Assembly (NCBI GenBank): GCA_003331875.1 | Contig: QOQA01000003.1 | Coordinates: forward strand, 269-64,268 | Source of the DNA: Cryomorphaceae bacterium | Lineage (GTDB): Bacteria > Bacteroidota > Bacteroidia > Flavobacteriales > Flavobacteriaceae | Length of the DNA: 64,000 nucleotides | Reading direction: 5' to 3' | Part shown: piece after piece, positions 50,369-59,875 of the stretch | Layout: each line of letters opens with the position of its first letter | How positions within the stretch are numbered: position 1 is the first letter of the stretch | Position numbers and translations under genes: made by a program | Notes under the pieces: generated by a model | What the model was told of the DNA's origin: nothing | The model's database searches: none | The model's input: only the letters and a program-made list of their open reading frames with translations

Positions 50369-51258
50369 GAGGTATTTTTTTAGTATTAATAATTATCTTA
50401 ATATCTAAATCCTACTCTCAAGATAAATTTACTGACTCAATTAATTCTAATTGGGAAAAGTTTGGAAAATTCACATTCCTTGGTAATCAGTCAAGTTATA
50501 GTTATTGGACCGCTGGTGGTCAATCAAGTGTTTCAGGAACTGTAAAAATTGATTATGATTTGAATTATGAAAAAAGTGGATGGAATTGGGATACAAAGAT
50601 TATTGCTGCGTATGGTCTTAACAGCAACGCTGGTAGTAAGTTTTTAAAAAAAACTGATGATAAGTTAGAGATTAACTCATTAATTGGTAAAATATTTTCA
50701 TCTTCAAATATTGGTGATTTAAGCTACTCCAGTTTTATAAATTTTAAAACACAATGGACAAAAGGATACAGATTTAAAAAAGACTCCGATGGAGAAGAAG
50801 AAAGAACAGAGAGAACAAGGTTTCTCTCACCTGGGTATCTCCAAATCGGAGTAGGACTTTACTGGGAAAAAAATAAAGATTTTTGGGTCAACTTTGCCCC
50901 GATAACAGGAAGATTAATTGTGGTCAATAAATTTTTTACAGATGGGTTGATTGACAATCAAGAATACTTTGGTGTAAAAAAAGGAGCAACAAGTAGGTTC
51001 GAACTTGGGGCTTCTGTCAGATCTTTTTATAAATTCGAATTTGTTGAAAATGTATTTGTAACCAATCGTATAAGCTTATATTCCGATTACCTTGAAAACC
51101 CTGAAAATATTGATTTAGATTATACAATAAATACATCTCTAAAAGTGAATAGGTATTTAACAACCGACCTAATTTTCCAATTTGTTTATGATAATAATGC
51201 CGTCAAAAGGCTGCAAGTTCGTGAGGTGATGGGAATTGGTTTGAGTTTAGACTTTTAG
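50365..51258 (+). CDS. DUF3078 family outer-membrane beta-barrel-like protein
   Basis: Signal peptide MRGIFLVLIIILISKSYSQ, a YWTAGGQSSVSG motif and a C-terminal aromatic residue. ATG 50365 overlaps the upstream stop (ATGA). Confidence 0.75.
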   Translation: MRGIFLVLIIILISKSYSQDKFTDSINSNWEKFGKFTFLGNQSSYSYWTAGGQSSVSGTVKIDYDLNYEKSGWNWDTKIIAAYGLNSNAGSKFLKKTDDKLEINSLIGKIFSSSNIGDLSYSSFINFKTQWTKGYRFKKDSDGEEERTERTRFLSPGYLQIGVGLYWEKNKDFWVNFAPITGRLIVVNKFFTDGLIDNQEYFGVKKGATSRFELGASVRSFYKFEFVENVFVTNRISLYSDYLENPENIDLDYTINTSLKVNRYLTTDLIFQFVYDNNAVKRLQVREVMGIGLSLDF

Positions 51259-52385
51259 ACTTTGGGTTTTGGATACAAGTAATTGTTATATGGAAATCTA
51301 TTTTCATGTATTCTGCTTATGTTTTTATATAAAATATCTTTTAAAAATTTGAAATTCAACTTTTCCAGTGCAGAAATATAAATTTTGTGATTAGTGTTTT
51401 TTAGCCTTCTATCATTTAATTTATCAACCTTATTAAAAATAATTATAGTTTTTTTGTCACCACATTTTATTTCATTCAAAATTAGTTCAACTGAATCAAT
51501 ATGCTCTTGATAATTTGGGTGTGAAATATCAACAATGTGTAATAAAATATCAGACTCTTGGATCTCCAACAATGTACTTTTAAACGATTCAATCAGTTGA
51601 GTAGGAAGCTTTCTGATAAAACCGACAGTATCAGAAAGTAAAAAAGGTAAATTTTCAATAACAACTTTTCGAACTGTAGTATCTAAAGTTGCAAATAATT
51701 TGTCTTCAGCAAAAACTTTTGATTTAGAAATTTGATTCATAATTGTGGATTTACCAACATTTGTGTATCCAACTAAAGCTACTCTTACAAGCTTGCCTCT
51801 ATTTCCTCTTTGAACTGACATTTGTTTATCAATACTAAAAAGTTTTTTTTTCAACAATGATACCTTGTCTCTAACAATTCGTCTATCTGTTTCAATTTCT
51901 GTCTCACCAGGTCCTCTCATCCCAATACCTCCTTTTTGTCTTTCTAAATGTGTCCAAAGACCTTTTAGTCGAGGCATTAAGTATTCGTATTGAGCTAACT
52001 GAACTTGTGTTTTTGCGTAACTAGTTTTAGCCCTTTGAGCAAATATATCTAAAATTAATCCTGTCCTGTCTATGATTTTTGTTCTTAATGTCTTTTCAAG
52101 ATTTAACTGCTGACTAGGTGTTAGTTCATCATCAAATATCACTGAACTAATGTCATTATTTTTTATAAAAAACTGTATTTCTTGAATTTTTCCAGAACCA
52201 ATAAAGGTTTTAGGGTTTGGTTTATCTATCTTTTGGACAAATCTTTTTAAAACCTTTCCCCCGGCTGTTTCTGCTAAGAAACACAACTCATCTAAAAACT
52301 CTTGAACCATGGTTTCTGAGTTATTGCTAATTATAGCGCCAACAACTACTGAGTTTTCATAAAAAATATTTTTATTTTCTATCAA
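51255..52385 (-). CDS. hflX: GTPase HflX
   Basis: HflX N-domain plus G domain GYTNVGKST, DTVGF, NKVD. Confidence 0.93.
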   Translation of the reverse strand: MIENKNIFYENSVVVGAIISNNSETMVQEFLDELCFLAETAGGKVLKRFVQKIDKPNPKTFIGSGKIQEIQFFIKNNDISSVIFDDELTPSQQLNLEKTLRTKIIDRTGLILDIFAQRAKTSYAKTQVQLAQYEYLMPRLKGLWTHLERQKGGIGMRGPGETEIETDRRIVRDKVSLLKKKLFSIDKQMSVQRGNRGKLVRVALVGYTNVGKSTIMNQISKSKVFAEDKLFATLDTTVRKVVIENLPFLLSDTVGFIRKLPTQLIESFKSTLLEIQESDILLHIVDISHPNYQEHIDSVELILNEIKCGDKKTIIIFNKVDKLNDRRLKNTNHKIYISALEKLNFKFLKDILYKNISRIHENRFPYNNYLYPKPKV

Positions 52386-53152
52386 ATTTCAGGCTTGAAA
52401 AACTTTAAACTTAGTTCTGAGTTACCAAAGTCCAAATATGAATAATGATTGAACCAATCGCCGCAATTGTAGTATAATGAATTATTGCCAAGATTAATTT
52501 TTAAGGGAATGTGTCTGTGGCCAAAAACAAAATAATGATAATGATCAGACTTTAATATTTTTTTACAGAAATTATAAAGTAATTCTTTTTCATTACTTTC
52601 AAATTTGATCTCATTTCCAGAAATCACACTATTTTTTCTAGATAAAAACTCACCTATTCGTATCGAAATGTCTGGATGAATACAAGAATATAAAAATTTA
52701 AAAAAAGGGTTTCTAAAAATTAGCTTTAAAAACTTGTATCCATAGTCACCCGGTCCTAAACCGTCACCATGACCAATAAAAAATTTTTTAGAGTTAATTT
52801 TAAACTTTTTTGGCTTAAAAAATATATCAATACCTAGCTCATCTTTAAAATAGCTCATCATCCATGAATCATGATTACCAACAAAAAAATAAATTTTAAT
52901 TCCAGAGTCTGTTAACTCAGCTAATTTTCCAAATAATCTAGTATAACCTTTTGGCACAACTTTTTTAAATTCAAACCAAAAATCAAATAAGTCTCCCAAT
53001 AAAAAAATTACCTGTGCATCATTTTTTATGGAATCAAGCCATTTTATAAATATTTTTTCTCTTCCATGGGAATTAACTTTACCTGGAAGTCCCAAATGAT
53101 TATCAGATGAGAAGTAAGCTTTCTTGTTTTCTTCTAAATTAATTATCTCCAT
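52382..53152 (-). CDS. lpxH: UDP-2,3-diacylglucosamine diphosphatase
   Basis: Calcineurin-like motifs SDNHLG, GDLFDFW, GNHD, GHGD, GHRH. Confidence 0.88.
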   Translation of the reverse strand: MEIINLEENKKAYFSSDNHLGLPGKVNSHGREKIFIKWLDSIKNDAQVIFLLGDLFDFWFEFKKVVPKGYTRLFGKLAELTDSGIKIYFFVGNHDSWMMSYFKDELGIDIFFKPKKFKINSKKFFIGHGDGLGPGDYGYKFLKLIFRNPFFKFLYSCIHPDISIRIGEFLSRKNSVISGNEIKFESNEKELLYNFCKKILKSDHYHYFVFGHRHIPLKINLGNNSLYYNCGDWFNHYSYLDFGNSELSLKFFKPEI

Positions 53153-53179
53153 TTATAAAGTACAAAAGTAAACAATCAA

Positions 53180-53686
53180 TCATAACAGTTTTTCATAACA
53201 ATTAAAAGGCATGTCACTTTGATCTCTAAAATAAATTTTTCCTAATTTTTTATAGCCCAGTTTTGAGTATAAATGATTGTTTTTATTGTTCTGACTAAAG
53301 GTGTCAAGTCTTACAGAAAGACAACCAGACTCTCTGGCAAAATTTTCTATAAATTTTATAACATATTTTGCAAAACCTTGACCTTGATAATCTGGATGAA
53401 TTGCAAGTCTATGTAAATAAATATTTTTTTTTGATGAAGTGTCCCAAATAATTTGTTTGTAAAAATCATCCATATCAAATGAGGCACAAACACAGCCAAT
53501 GATTTTTTCCTCATGTTTTAAAACAAATAGATCTTCATTATTTATATCATCTATAAATGATTGTTTAGTTGGATATTTATCATTCCATTGGAAAATACCA
53601 TTTTTGATCATATGATTTGTACACTCCTTAATAATTTTCATTATTAAGTCAATTTGATCAATTGAAGCAAGTTCAATATTTTTCAT
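53180..53686 (-). CDS. GNAT family N-acetyltransferase
   Basis: RLAIHPDYQGQGFAKYVI acetyl-CoA binding motif. Confidence 0.85.
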   Translation of the reverse strand: MKNIELASIDQIDLIMKIIKECTNHMIKNGIFQWNDKYPTKQSFIDDINNEDLFVLKHEEKIIGCVCASFDMDDFYKQIIWDTSSKKNIYLHRLAIHPDYQGQGFAKYVIKFIENFARESGCLSVRLDTFSQNNKNNHLYSKLGYKKLGKIYFRDQSDMPFNCYEKLL

Positions 53687-53699
53687 GATGTTAATATAC

Positions 53700-55322
53700 T
53701 TATTTGATCGCAGAAATTATTGGACTGCCTGTTGATAGTGCGGTAAAACTTATTCCTAAAATTGTTGATAAAGTTGGAGCTATATCTTTAACGTAAATTT
53801 TTTTTGAAGTTGATCCATTTTTAATTCCTTTTCCAAAGAAAACTAATGGAACATGTGTATCATAGGTCCTTCCTGTACCATGATTGGAAGCACTAGAGGA
53901 CCTTTTATGCCAAAGAGGTTTTAAAAAGAATGCTAAGTCACCTCTTAAATCTGGATGACTATTGTAGTAAACCATATTAATCCCGTAATCCTCAGAGTAA
54001 GAAATAGCTTCATCTAATTTTTCAAAATCAAATACATCATAAACCCATGGTTCTTTTTTTAATTCGGATGAGATTAGAGTCTTAATATCCTCTAGACTAT
54101 ACTGCGATTGAGCAATTTTATCTTTATTTAAGTATACATTATAGTTTGATACATCTTTAACATATTTTTTTAATTTATCATTAAAAACATTCATAGAGTA
54201 CAATTGCTTAAAGGGTACTTTATTTTCTGATAAATAAGATGGTATGTGAGTGATGCCGTGATCGGATGTTAAGTATACTAAGTAGTTGTTTTCTCCAATT
54301 TCTTTATCTAAATAATTCAGAATCTCTTCGATATTTTTATCAAGTCTGATATACATGTCTAGTACCTCAACAGAATTTGATCCAAACCTATGGCCAAGAT
54401 GGTCTGTTGATGAGAATCCAATATGGAGAAAGTCTGTTATTTCATCGGCCCCTAAGTTTTCAAACTTAATTGCATCCAATGCAAAATCTTTGACGATATC
54501 ATTGCCAAAGGGAGAATACTTGATCACATCATAATCAATTTTACCATTCTTTTTTTTTGATATTTTTTCTAGATCGTGTGGAAAGGTTGAATTCTCTTTA
54601 CCTAAATACTTTATTTCATGTTTGTTCAAATCAGGACCGCTTTCTGTATAAAATTTAATATCATAATAGGTATCCCATTTCGAAATGTATTTGAATATAT
54701 TAGATCTGTTATTGAAGCTTTCAACCCAATCCGGAAGTTCATCCATATAGTATGAACTTGTAATAAATCTACCCTCATTTTTTGCATTAAACCAGTAGGT
54801 CATTTCTGAAGTATGTCCAGCTGATAATACTGCAGATCTATCTTTCAAGGCGACACTGAAGGTTTTTGCCTTAAAGTTTGTTGATATTCTATTTTCATCT
54901 GAGATTGTGGTTGTTTGTAAGTTTTTCGGAGATTTTTTACCCTCATCTGTTGAGGTGCCAACAGAATTTTTAAAAAAATCATCTACACAGTACACTTCTT
55001 TGCTAAGTGATGGGTTAAACCAATCATTACCAATAATTCCATGATAATTTGGTGTTGTTCCCGTTACTACCGTTGCATGACCTGGTGCAGTAGATGTAAC
55101 AGCATAACTATAATGTGCATTTTTTGCATTAAAACCATCCTTTACAAGTCTTTTGAATCCTTTAGATCCATACTTATTCCAAAACTTTGGTATATATTCA
55201 TATTTCATTTGATCTACAACAATACCAATAACAAGTTTTGGCTTTTTATTAAATTCATCATTCGATTGTGCGAAGATGGAGAGAGAAAAAATAATAACTA
55301 CAAATTTTAGGTAAAACTTCAA
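53700..55322 (-). CDS. pafA: PafA-like alkaline phosphatase (nucleotide pyrophosphatase/phosphodiesterase superfamily)
   Basis: Signal peptide, VVDQMKYEY, TSTAPGHATVVTG (nucleophile Thr), SDHG and HGT motifs. TTG start. Confidence 0.85.
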   Translation of the reverse strand: MKFYLKFVVIIFSLSIFAQSNDEFNKKPKLVIGIVVDQMKYEYIPKFWNKYGSKGFKRLVKDGFNAKNAHYSYAVTSTAPGHATVVTGTTPNYHGIIGNDWFNPSLSKEVYCVDDFFKNSVGTSTDEGKKSPKNLQTTTISDENRISTNFKAKTFSVALKDRSAVLSAGHTSEMTYWFNAKNEGRFITSSYYMDELPDWVESFNNRSNIFKYISKWDTYYDIKFYTESGPDLNKHEIKYLGKENSTFPHDLEKISKKKNGKIDYDVIKYSPFGNDIVKDFALDAIKFENLGADEITDFLHIGFSSTDHLGHRFGSNSVEVLDMYIRLDKNIEEILNYLDKEIGENNYLVYLTSDHGITHIPSYLSENKVPFKQLYSMNVFNDKLKKYVKDVSNYNVYLNKDKIAQSQYSLEDIKTLISSELKKEPWVYDVFDFEKLDEAISYSEDYGINMVYYNSHPDLRGDLAFFLKPLWHKRSSSASNHGTGRTYDTHVPLVFFGKGIKNGSTSKKIYVKDIAPTLSTILGISFTALSTGSPIISAIK

Positions 55323-55393
55323 AATTGTTTTTTTGCATATATAGGAAAAAAATGCAAAGGAAAATACTTTTTTGGGTTATAAAAAGTTTAAAA

Positions 55394-56152
55394 TTAATCT
55401 CGGGAGTTAATCTTTGCTAAAAGTCTTAAGATCTCTAAATACAGCCAAACTAGCGTAACCATAAGTCCAAAGGCTGCATACCATTCCATATATTTTGGTG
55501 CTCCATTTTCAGAAGCTTCTTCAATAAAATCAAAATCAAGTACTAAATTAAGACTTGCAATTAGGATGACTACTAAAGAAAAGATTATACTAAACATAGA
55601 ACCATTAGTTGGATTTAAGATTGATAGATCCATTCCAAAGAAACTGCCTATGAAAGATACTAAGTATACTAAAAATATCCCACCTGTTGCAGCAACAACA
55701 CCTAGTTTAAAGTTCTCAGAAGGCTTAATTAAACCTGAACGATAGGCCATAAGCAATGATAGTAATATTAATGCTGTTAAACTAACGGCATTGAGCACAA
55801 TTCCTTCGTACTGTTGAGCATACATGTATGAAATGCCACCTAAAGCCAAACCTTCAAAAATTGCATACAAAGGAGCTGTTATTGGAGCAAACTTTTTGTT
55901 AAAAATTGTAATAATAGCTGTAATAAAACCTGCTATAGCGCCTCCAATCAAAAGTACAGGTGAATTAATAGTATATGAGTAATATCCGGCAACAACTAAT
56001 AAAAGTAGAGAAATGGCTGTTTTATCAACTGTCCCTTTTATTGTCATAGTTTGGTCAGCAACAAATGAATTGGAGTTTGTGGTGCTTAAGTTCTTAAATG
56101 TATTTTTGTTTAGTGCTGGATTTCCTGATCTGTATGATAAACGTGTACGCAT
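55394..56152 (-). CDS. Bax inhibitor-1/YccA family membrane protein
   Basis: 252 aa with 7 TM helices and a typical BI-1 C-terminal region (LVTLVWLYLEILRLL). Confidence 0.88.
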   Translation of the reverse strand: MRTRLSYRSGNPALNKNTFKNLSTTNSNSFVADQTMTIKGTVDKTAISLLLLVVAGYYSYTINSPVLLIGGAIAGFITAIITIFNKKFAPITAPLYAIFEGLALGGISYMYAQQYEGIVLNAVSLTALILLSLLMAYRSGLIKPSENFKLGVVAATGGIFLVYLVSFIGSFFGMDLSILNPTNGSMFSIIFSLVVILIASLNLVLDFDFIEEASENGAPKYMEWYAAFGLMVTLVWLYLEILRLLAKINSRD

Positions 56153-56197
56153 TTTAAAATTTTAATAGTTTCTTTATATGTTTTAATTTTACAAGTA

Positions 56198-56992
56198 ATG
56201 AAAAAGTTTACTTTTATATTTTTCCTATTTATAATCAACAACTATGCCCAAAAATCTGATGAATTAACCGAATCCTTCCCAATATTTCCTGTTTGTGAAT
56301 TACTTCCTTATAAATTTCACAAAGATTGTTTTAATGAAACTATTGATAAACACATTCAGAAAAACTTTATTTATCCAAAACAAGCCTGGGAGAATGACCT
56401 TGAGGCAATAGTTAAGGTAAAATTTGAAATTGATCCAAATGGAAGTATATCAAACGTAATTTCAAATTCAAATATAGTGGGTGTTAGTTTTTTTGAAAGG
56501 GAATCTTTAAACCTTGCAAAAAAACTGTTTAATGATGCTGCATCAAAACTAATTCAAACTCTTCCTAATGCGATTCCTGCTAAGAAAAATAATATTGCAT
56601 TTAAGAAAACTTTTTTAGTATCAATAAAATACCAAATTCCAAGAAAACTTGGCTTTGATGATGTTGAAACACCCCCATTATTTGATGATTGTGTTGAATC
56701 AGAAAATGAAAAACTTTGCTTTATAAAGTTTATTGATAATCATATTTCAAAAAATTTCAAATATCCTAAGCGCGCAATAAAAAAGGGTGAAGAAGGAGAT
56801 GTATTTATACAATTTGATATGACTTCTGATGGATTATATACAAACTTTACGACAATTGGTGAAAGTAAGATTTTAGAAGATGAGGCGTACAGAATTCTGA
56901 TTAAACTACCTGATTTTGAGCCTGCCAAATACAAAGAAAAGTATGTTACAACAACATATGGCACAACTATTTCATTTAAATTAAATCAATGA
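56198..56992 (+). CDS. Secreted protein with two TonB-C-terminal-like domains
   Basis: Signal peptide and two repeats of C..CF...I.KHI.KNF.YP..A...G.V.V.F (residues about 30-90 and 160-225). No proline-rich linker or TM anchor. Confidence 0.7.
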   Translation: MKKFTFIFFLFIINNYAQKSDELTESFPIFPVCELLPYKFHKDCFNETIDKHIQKNFIYPKQAWENDLEAIVKVKFEIDPNGSISNVISNSNIVGVSFFERESLNLAKKLFNDAASKLIQTLPNAIPAKKNNIAFKKTFLVSIKYQIPRKLGFDDVETPPLFDDCVESENEKLCFIKFIDNHISKNFKYPKRAIKKGEEGDVFIQFDMTSDGLYTNFTTIGESKILEDEAYRILIKLPDFEPAKYKEKYVTTTYGTTISFKLNQ

Positions 56993-57285
56993 GGAAAATA
57001 ACCAAAAATGAAGTTGATAATAAGCTTAGATTATTATCAAAAAAATGGATAATTATTAATAATATACTTTTTGCAAAATATACTTTTAAATCTTTTGACG
57101 AAGCTTTCGACTTTATGAAAATTGTGTCAGAAAAATGCAAAGAATTAAATCATCACCCAAAATGGACTAATGTTTATAACCGAATAGATGTTGAATTATT
57201 TACGCACGATATCGGGGGTTTGTCCAACCTTGATTTTGAGTTGGCAAGTTTCATGGATTTAAGTTTTTTACCTTATTATCAATAA
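56989..57285 (+). CDS. 4a-hydroxytetrahydrobiopterin dehydratase (PCD/DCoH)
   Basis: F.FKSFDEAFDFM..V....ELNHHPKW.NVYNRIDVELFTHD signature. Confidence 0.88.
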   Translation: MRKITKNEVDNKLRLLSKKWIIINNILFAKYTFKSFDEAFDFMKIVSEKCKELNHHPKWTNVYNRIDVELFTHDIGGLSNLDFELASFMDLSFLPYYQ

Positions 57286-58407
57286 TTGTCTATTTTTGTT
57301 TATCAAATGGATAATCTAGGTTTTCTAAGTATTGAATTTTTCGGAAATACAATTCAGAATTACATTATATCAATTTCGGTTATTGTATTGGGTCTCATTT
57401 TTAAAGGATTGATCAGTTCAGCTCTAAGGAGATTTTTGTTCAAAATAGTTGGTGATAGTAAAAATAAGGATGGTAAATCTGAGTTTGATAATCTCCTTAA
57501 AAAACCAATAACTTATTTTCTTTCCTTGCTAATAATTTACTTGGCGTTTAATATGTTAAGTATTCCTGATACTTTAAATCTAGTAAGCTCAGATGAGTTT
57601 GGATTAAGAATGATTTTTGAAAAAGGGTTTTTACTTCTACTCGTTTCAAGTATAATTTATATCATCTTACAGTCGGTGGAATATGTTGGTTTAAGACTAT
57701 CTCAAAGAGCTGCTAAAACTGAGAGCAAAGTTGATGATCAGTTGATCCCATTCGCAATAGAAATTGCAAAAGTTTTGGTTGTAATTTTTGGTATTTTAAT
57801 TATTCTAGGGAATATTTTTGGAATCGATATAACAGCACTGGCTGCAGGTCTTGGTATTGGTGGAGTTGCTGTAGCATTAGCATCTAAAGAAAGTCTTGAA
57901 AACTTACTTGGATCTTTTACAATATTCTTTGATAAACCGTTTACAGTTGGAGATATTATTACTATTGGTGGAATTACTGGTGTAGTAGAAAAGGTTGGAT
58001 TTAGAAGTACAAGAATTAGAACTTTTGATAAGAGTTTAGTAACTGTTCCAAACAAGAATTTGATCAATACGGAATTGGATAATTTAAGCTTAAAACCTGT
58101 TAGAAAAGTAAAAACTGATATTGGTTTAACTTACGACACGAGTGTAGATCAAATAAAAAATATTGTAGCTGATATTCAAAATTTAATTGATGATCACCCA
58201 AATACCAACAAAGATGGAGTTGTTCGGTTTTTAGAGTTTGGCGCAAGTTCTTTAGATGTTATGGTTCTGTATTTTGTGAACAGTCCAGATTGGAAGTTGT
58301 TGATTGATACCAAGCAAGATATCAATTACAAAATCATTGAAATAGTCAAAAAACACAACAGTGATTTTGCTTATCCATCTACTTCAGTATACTTAGAGAA
58401 ACAGTAA
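57286..58407 (+). CDS. Mechanosensitive ion channel (MscS family)
   Basis: TM helices followed by the MscS beta-domain (FTVGDIITIGGITGVVEKVGFRSTRIRTFDKSLVTVPN). The start is TTG 57286 (abutting the upstream stop) or ATG 57307. Confidence 0.9.
   Translation: MSIFVYQMDNLGFLSIEFFGNTIQNYIISISVIVLGLIFKGLISSALRRFLFKIVGDSKNKDGKSEFDNLLKKPITYFLSLLIIYLAFNMLSIPDTLNLVSSDEFGLRMIFEKGFLLLLVSSIIYIILQSVEYVGLRLSQRAAKTESKVDDQLIPFAIEIAKVLVVIFGILIILGNIFGIDITALAAGLGIGGVAVALASKESLENLLGSFTIFFDKPFTVGDIITIGGITGVVEKVGFRSTRIRTFDKSLVTVPNKNLINTELDNLSLKPVRKVKTDIGLTYDTSVDQIKNIVADIQNLIDDHPNTNKDGVVRFLEFGASSLDVMVLYFVNSPDWKLLIDTKQDINYKIIEIVKKHNSDFAYPSTSVYLEKQ
57291..57298 (+). promoter_or_regulatory. -7 box-like motif (TATTTTTG) 8 nt upstream of ATG 57307
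   Basis: Matches TAnnTTTG and lies inside the TTG-initiated N-terminal extension of the mscS-like ORF. Confidence 0.25.
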
Positions 58408-58409
58408 CA

Positions 58410-58733
58410 TTAAGCCTTACTCACTTTAAATTTTTTATAATTATCATATAAGAACACTGGCATAGCTAGTGAAAATCCAACTAGAAACATACAAGCGGTA
58501 TATTTCAAAAGTTTTAATGGTTGATTCTTAAATGCATAAATAATAAAAATAAAAAAAGTCATTGCTGCGACACCTAAATCAGCTGAGAGCATTGATGATG
58601 CAAAATTTACATTAGCGTCGGCAAAAAATTCAGACAGTGACCATTCCCAATTTTTGAATTCTAAGAATTTAAATAAAAAATAGTAAGGGGCTGCAATCCC
58701 CAAAAAACACATTAGCAAAAAAATTTTCTTCAT
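58410..58733 (-). CDS. Small 3-TM membrane protein (DUF2834-like)
   Basis: 107 aa, hydrophobic, with an N-terminal GIAAPYYFLFKFL pattern reminiscent of DUF2834. Confidence 0.5.
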   Translation of the reverse strand: MKKIFLLMCFLGIAAPYYFLFKFLEFKNWEWSLSEFFADANVNFASSMLSADLGVAAMTFFIFIIYAFKNQPLKLLKYTACMFLVGFSLAMPVFLYDNYKKFKVSKA

Positions 58734-58746
58734 AATATTAAATTAA

Positions 58747-58772
58747 AAAATCCTGGTAAATACCAGGATTTT
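58747..58772 (-). terminator. Intrinsic terminator hairpin after the NTF2-like lipoprotein operon
   Basis: AAAATCCTGG-TAAATA-CCAGGATTTT. On the minus strand the stem runs into a T tract (TTTTTTAATT). It starts 24 nt downstream of the 58796 stop. Confidence 0.65.
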
Positions 58773-58795
58773 AATAAGACTATTTTAGATTTATT

Positions 58796-59308
58796 TTAAT
58801 TAGCAGGCGTCATTTCAGATGGGAAAATTGAAATTGTTAAAATTTTACCATCAGGGTTTACCCAGAATCTTTCAAAAACTCTTCTGCGATTTACTTCTCC
58901 ATCTTTAAAACGTCTTTCTCTAAATACTACATCAACTATGTTAAATATACCCTCTCCAAATGTTAATGGGACAGCACTAACAACGAACCTTTTTATTGAA
59001 TCGTAGGGCTCTTGAAAAGAAGCCAGAGTTTCGGTTGTTGTCATGTCCAATTTTTGATATCCTTCAGGTGAATAAAAATTAACTGAATCAGCCATGCTTT
59101 CAATTATAATTTCATTTTTATCCATATCTGCAAAATCACGGATAACTTTGACAACCATTTCAGCAGCCTCATCTGACCCAATTTTGAATTTTTGACCTGA
59201 AAGCTGAGCAGGATTTTCTTGATACCATTTTCCAGCAGATTTTTCTGTTATTTGTGGTTCACAGCTAATTAAAACTGTACTTATTATAAGTGCGTATAAT
59301 ATTCTCAT
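58796..59308 (-). CDS. NTF2/SnoaL-like lipoprotein (paralog A)
   Basis: Lipobox LISC. KIGSDEAAEMV...DSVNFY...PDGKILTISIF resembles the SnoaL-like fold and the 61694 ORF. Confidence 0.6.
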   Translation of the reverse strand: MRILYALIISTVLISCEPQITEKSAGKWYQENPAQLSGQKFKIGSDEAAEMVVKVIRDFADMDKNEIIIESMADSVNFYSPEGYQKLDMTTTETLASFQEPYDSIKRFVVSAVPLTFGEGIFNIVDVVFRERRFKDGEVNRRRVFERFWVNPDGKILTISIFPSEMTPAN

Positions 59309-59329
59309 TATTATTTATTTAAATTAAAC

Positions 59330-59857
59330 CTATTCAGCAGCTGCCATAGCTGCAGCGTACTCCTTGTTAAATTGTTCATCAGCAAAAAAACCTAATGCTT
59401 GAACAATTTTACCATCCTTCCACTCATAGTCAAAATGTCCCTTTATGACTAATTTTTCTCCTGTAAAATTTCCTGTACCACTCCACGTAAACCAATAATT
59501 TGTCCATATCCTTCCATCTGTAAAGTAGTTAGTATGAGCATATTCATCTGTAATCGTTATATCAGAAAATACTTCATGTTCATACGTCCAGCCTTCAAAT
59601 ATTTTTTCTTTTCCAGTTACTTCATTGCTGTTGAAAAATACTTTGGCATCATCCGCGTAATATTCTTTTGCGTCCTCAAAATCTGCTTTTGTGTAATCTT
59701 GAGCTAAATCTAATATTGTTTCGGTTAATTCGTCTTCAGCCTCAGTTTCGGAATAATATTCAACATCGTCATCTGACATGACAACTGCAACAACACCAGT
59801 GGAACTCATGTCACATGACATGAATGGAAATAATAATAGTAATAATAGTTTTTTCAT
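59330..59857 (-). CDS. NTF2/SnoaL-like lipoprotein (paralog B) with an acidic linker
   Basis: Lipobox FMSC, a D/E-rich linker, then ...YYADDAKVFFNS...WKDGKIVQALGFF. Confidence 0.55.
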   Translation of the reverse strand: MKKLLLLLLFPFMSCDMSSTGVVAVVMSDDDVEYYSETEAEDELTETILDLAQDYTKADFEDAKEYYADDAKVFFNSNEVTGKEKIFEGWTYEHEVFSDITITDEYAHTNYFTDGRIWTNYWFTWSGTGNFTGEKLVIKGHFDYEWKDGKIVQALGFFADEQFNKEYAAAMAAAE

Positions 59858-59875
59858 AGTTATAAATTTGTTTAA

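Noticed and set aside
55332-55358. Inverted repeat TTTGCAT..N13..ATGCAAA just upstream of the pafA-like phosphatase gene, considered as a possible phosphate-responsive operator.
   Set aside because: It has only a 7-bp stem in AT-rich DNA. It is not followed by a T tract, so it is not a terminator for the upstream gene. I know of no consensus that it matches, so it is too weak to call.
57738-58067. 109-aa minus-strand ORF.
   Set aside because: It is antisense within the MscS-family gene. The same reasoning applies to 47408-47698 (sufD), 49270-49899 (sufE/sufT), 39455-39730 (opposite strand) and 39846-40904 (same-strand alternative frames) in the BNR protein gene, 55041-55310 (pafA) and 60030-60566 (secreted protein gene).
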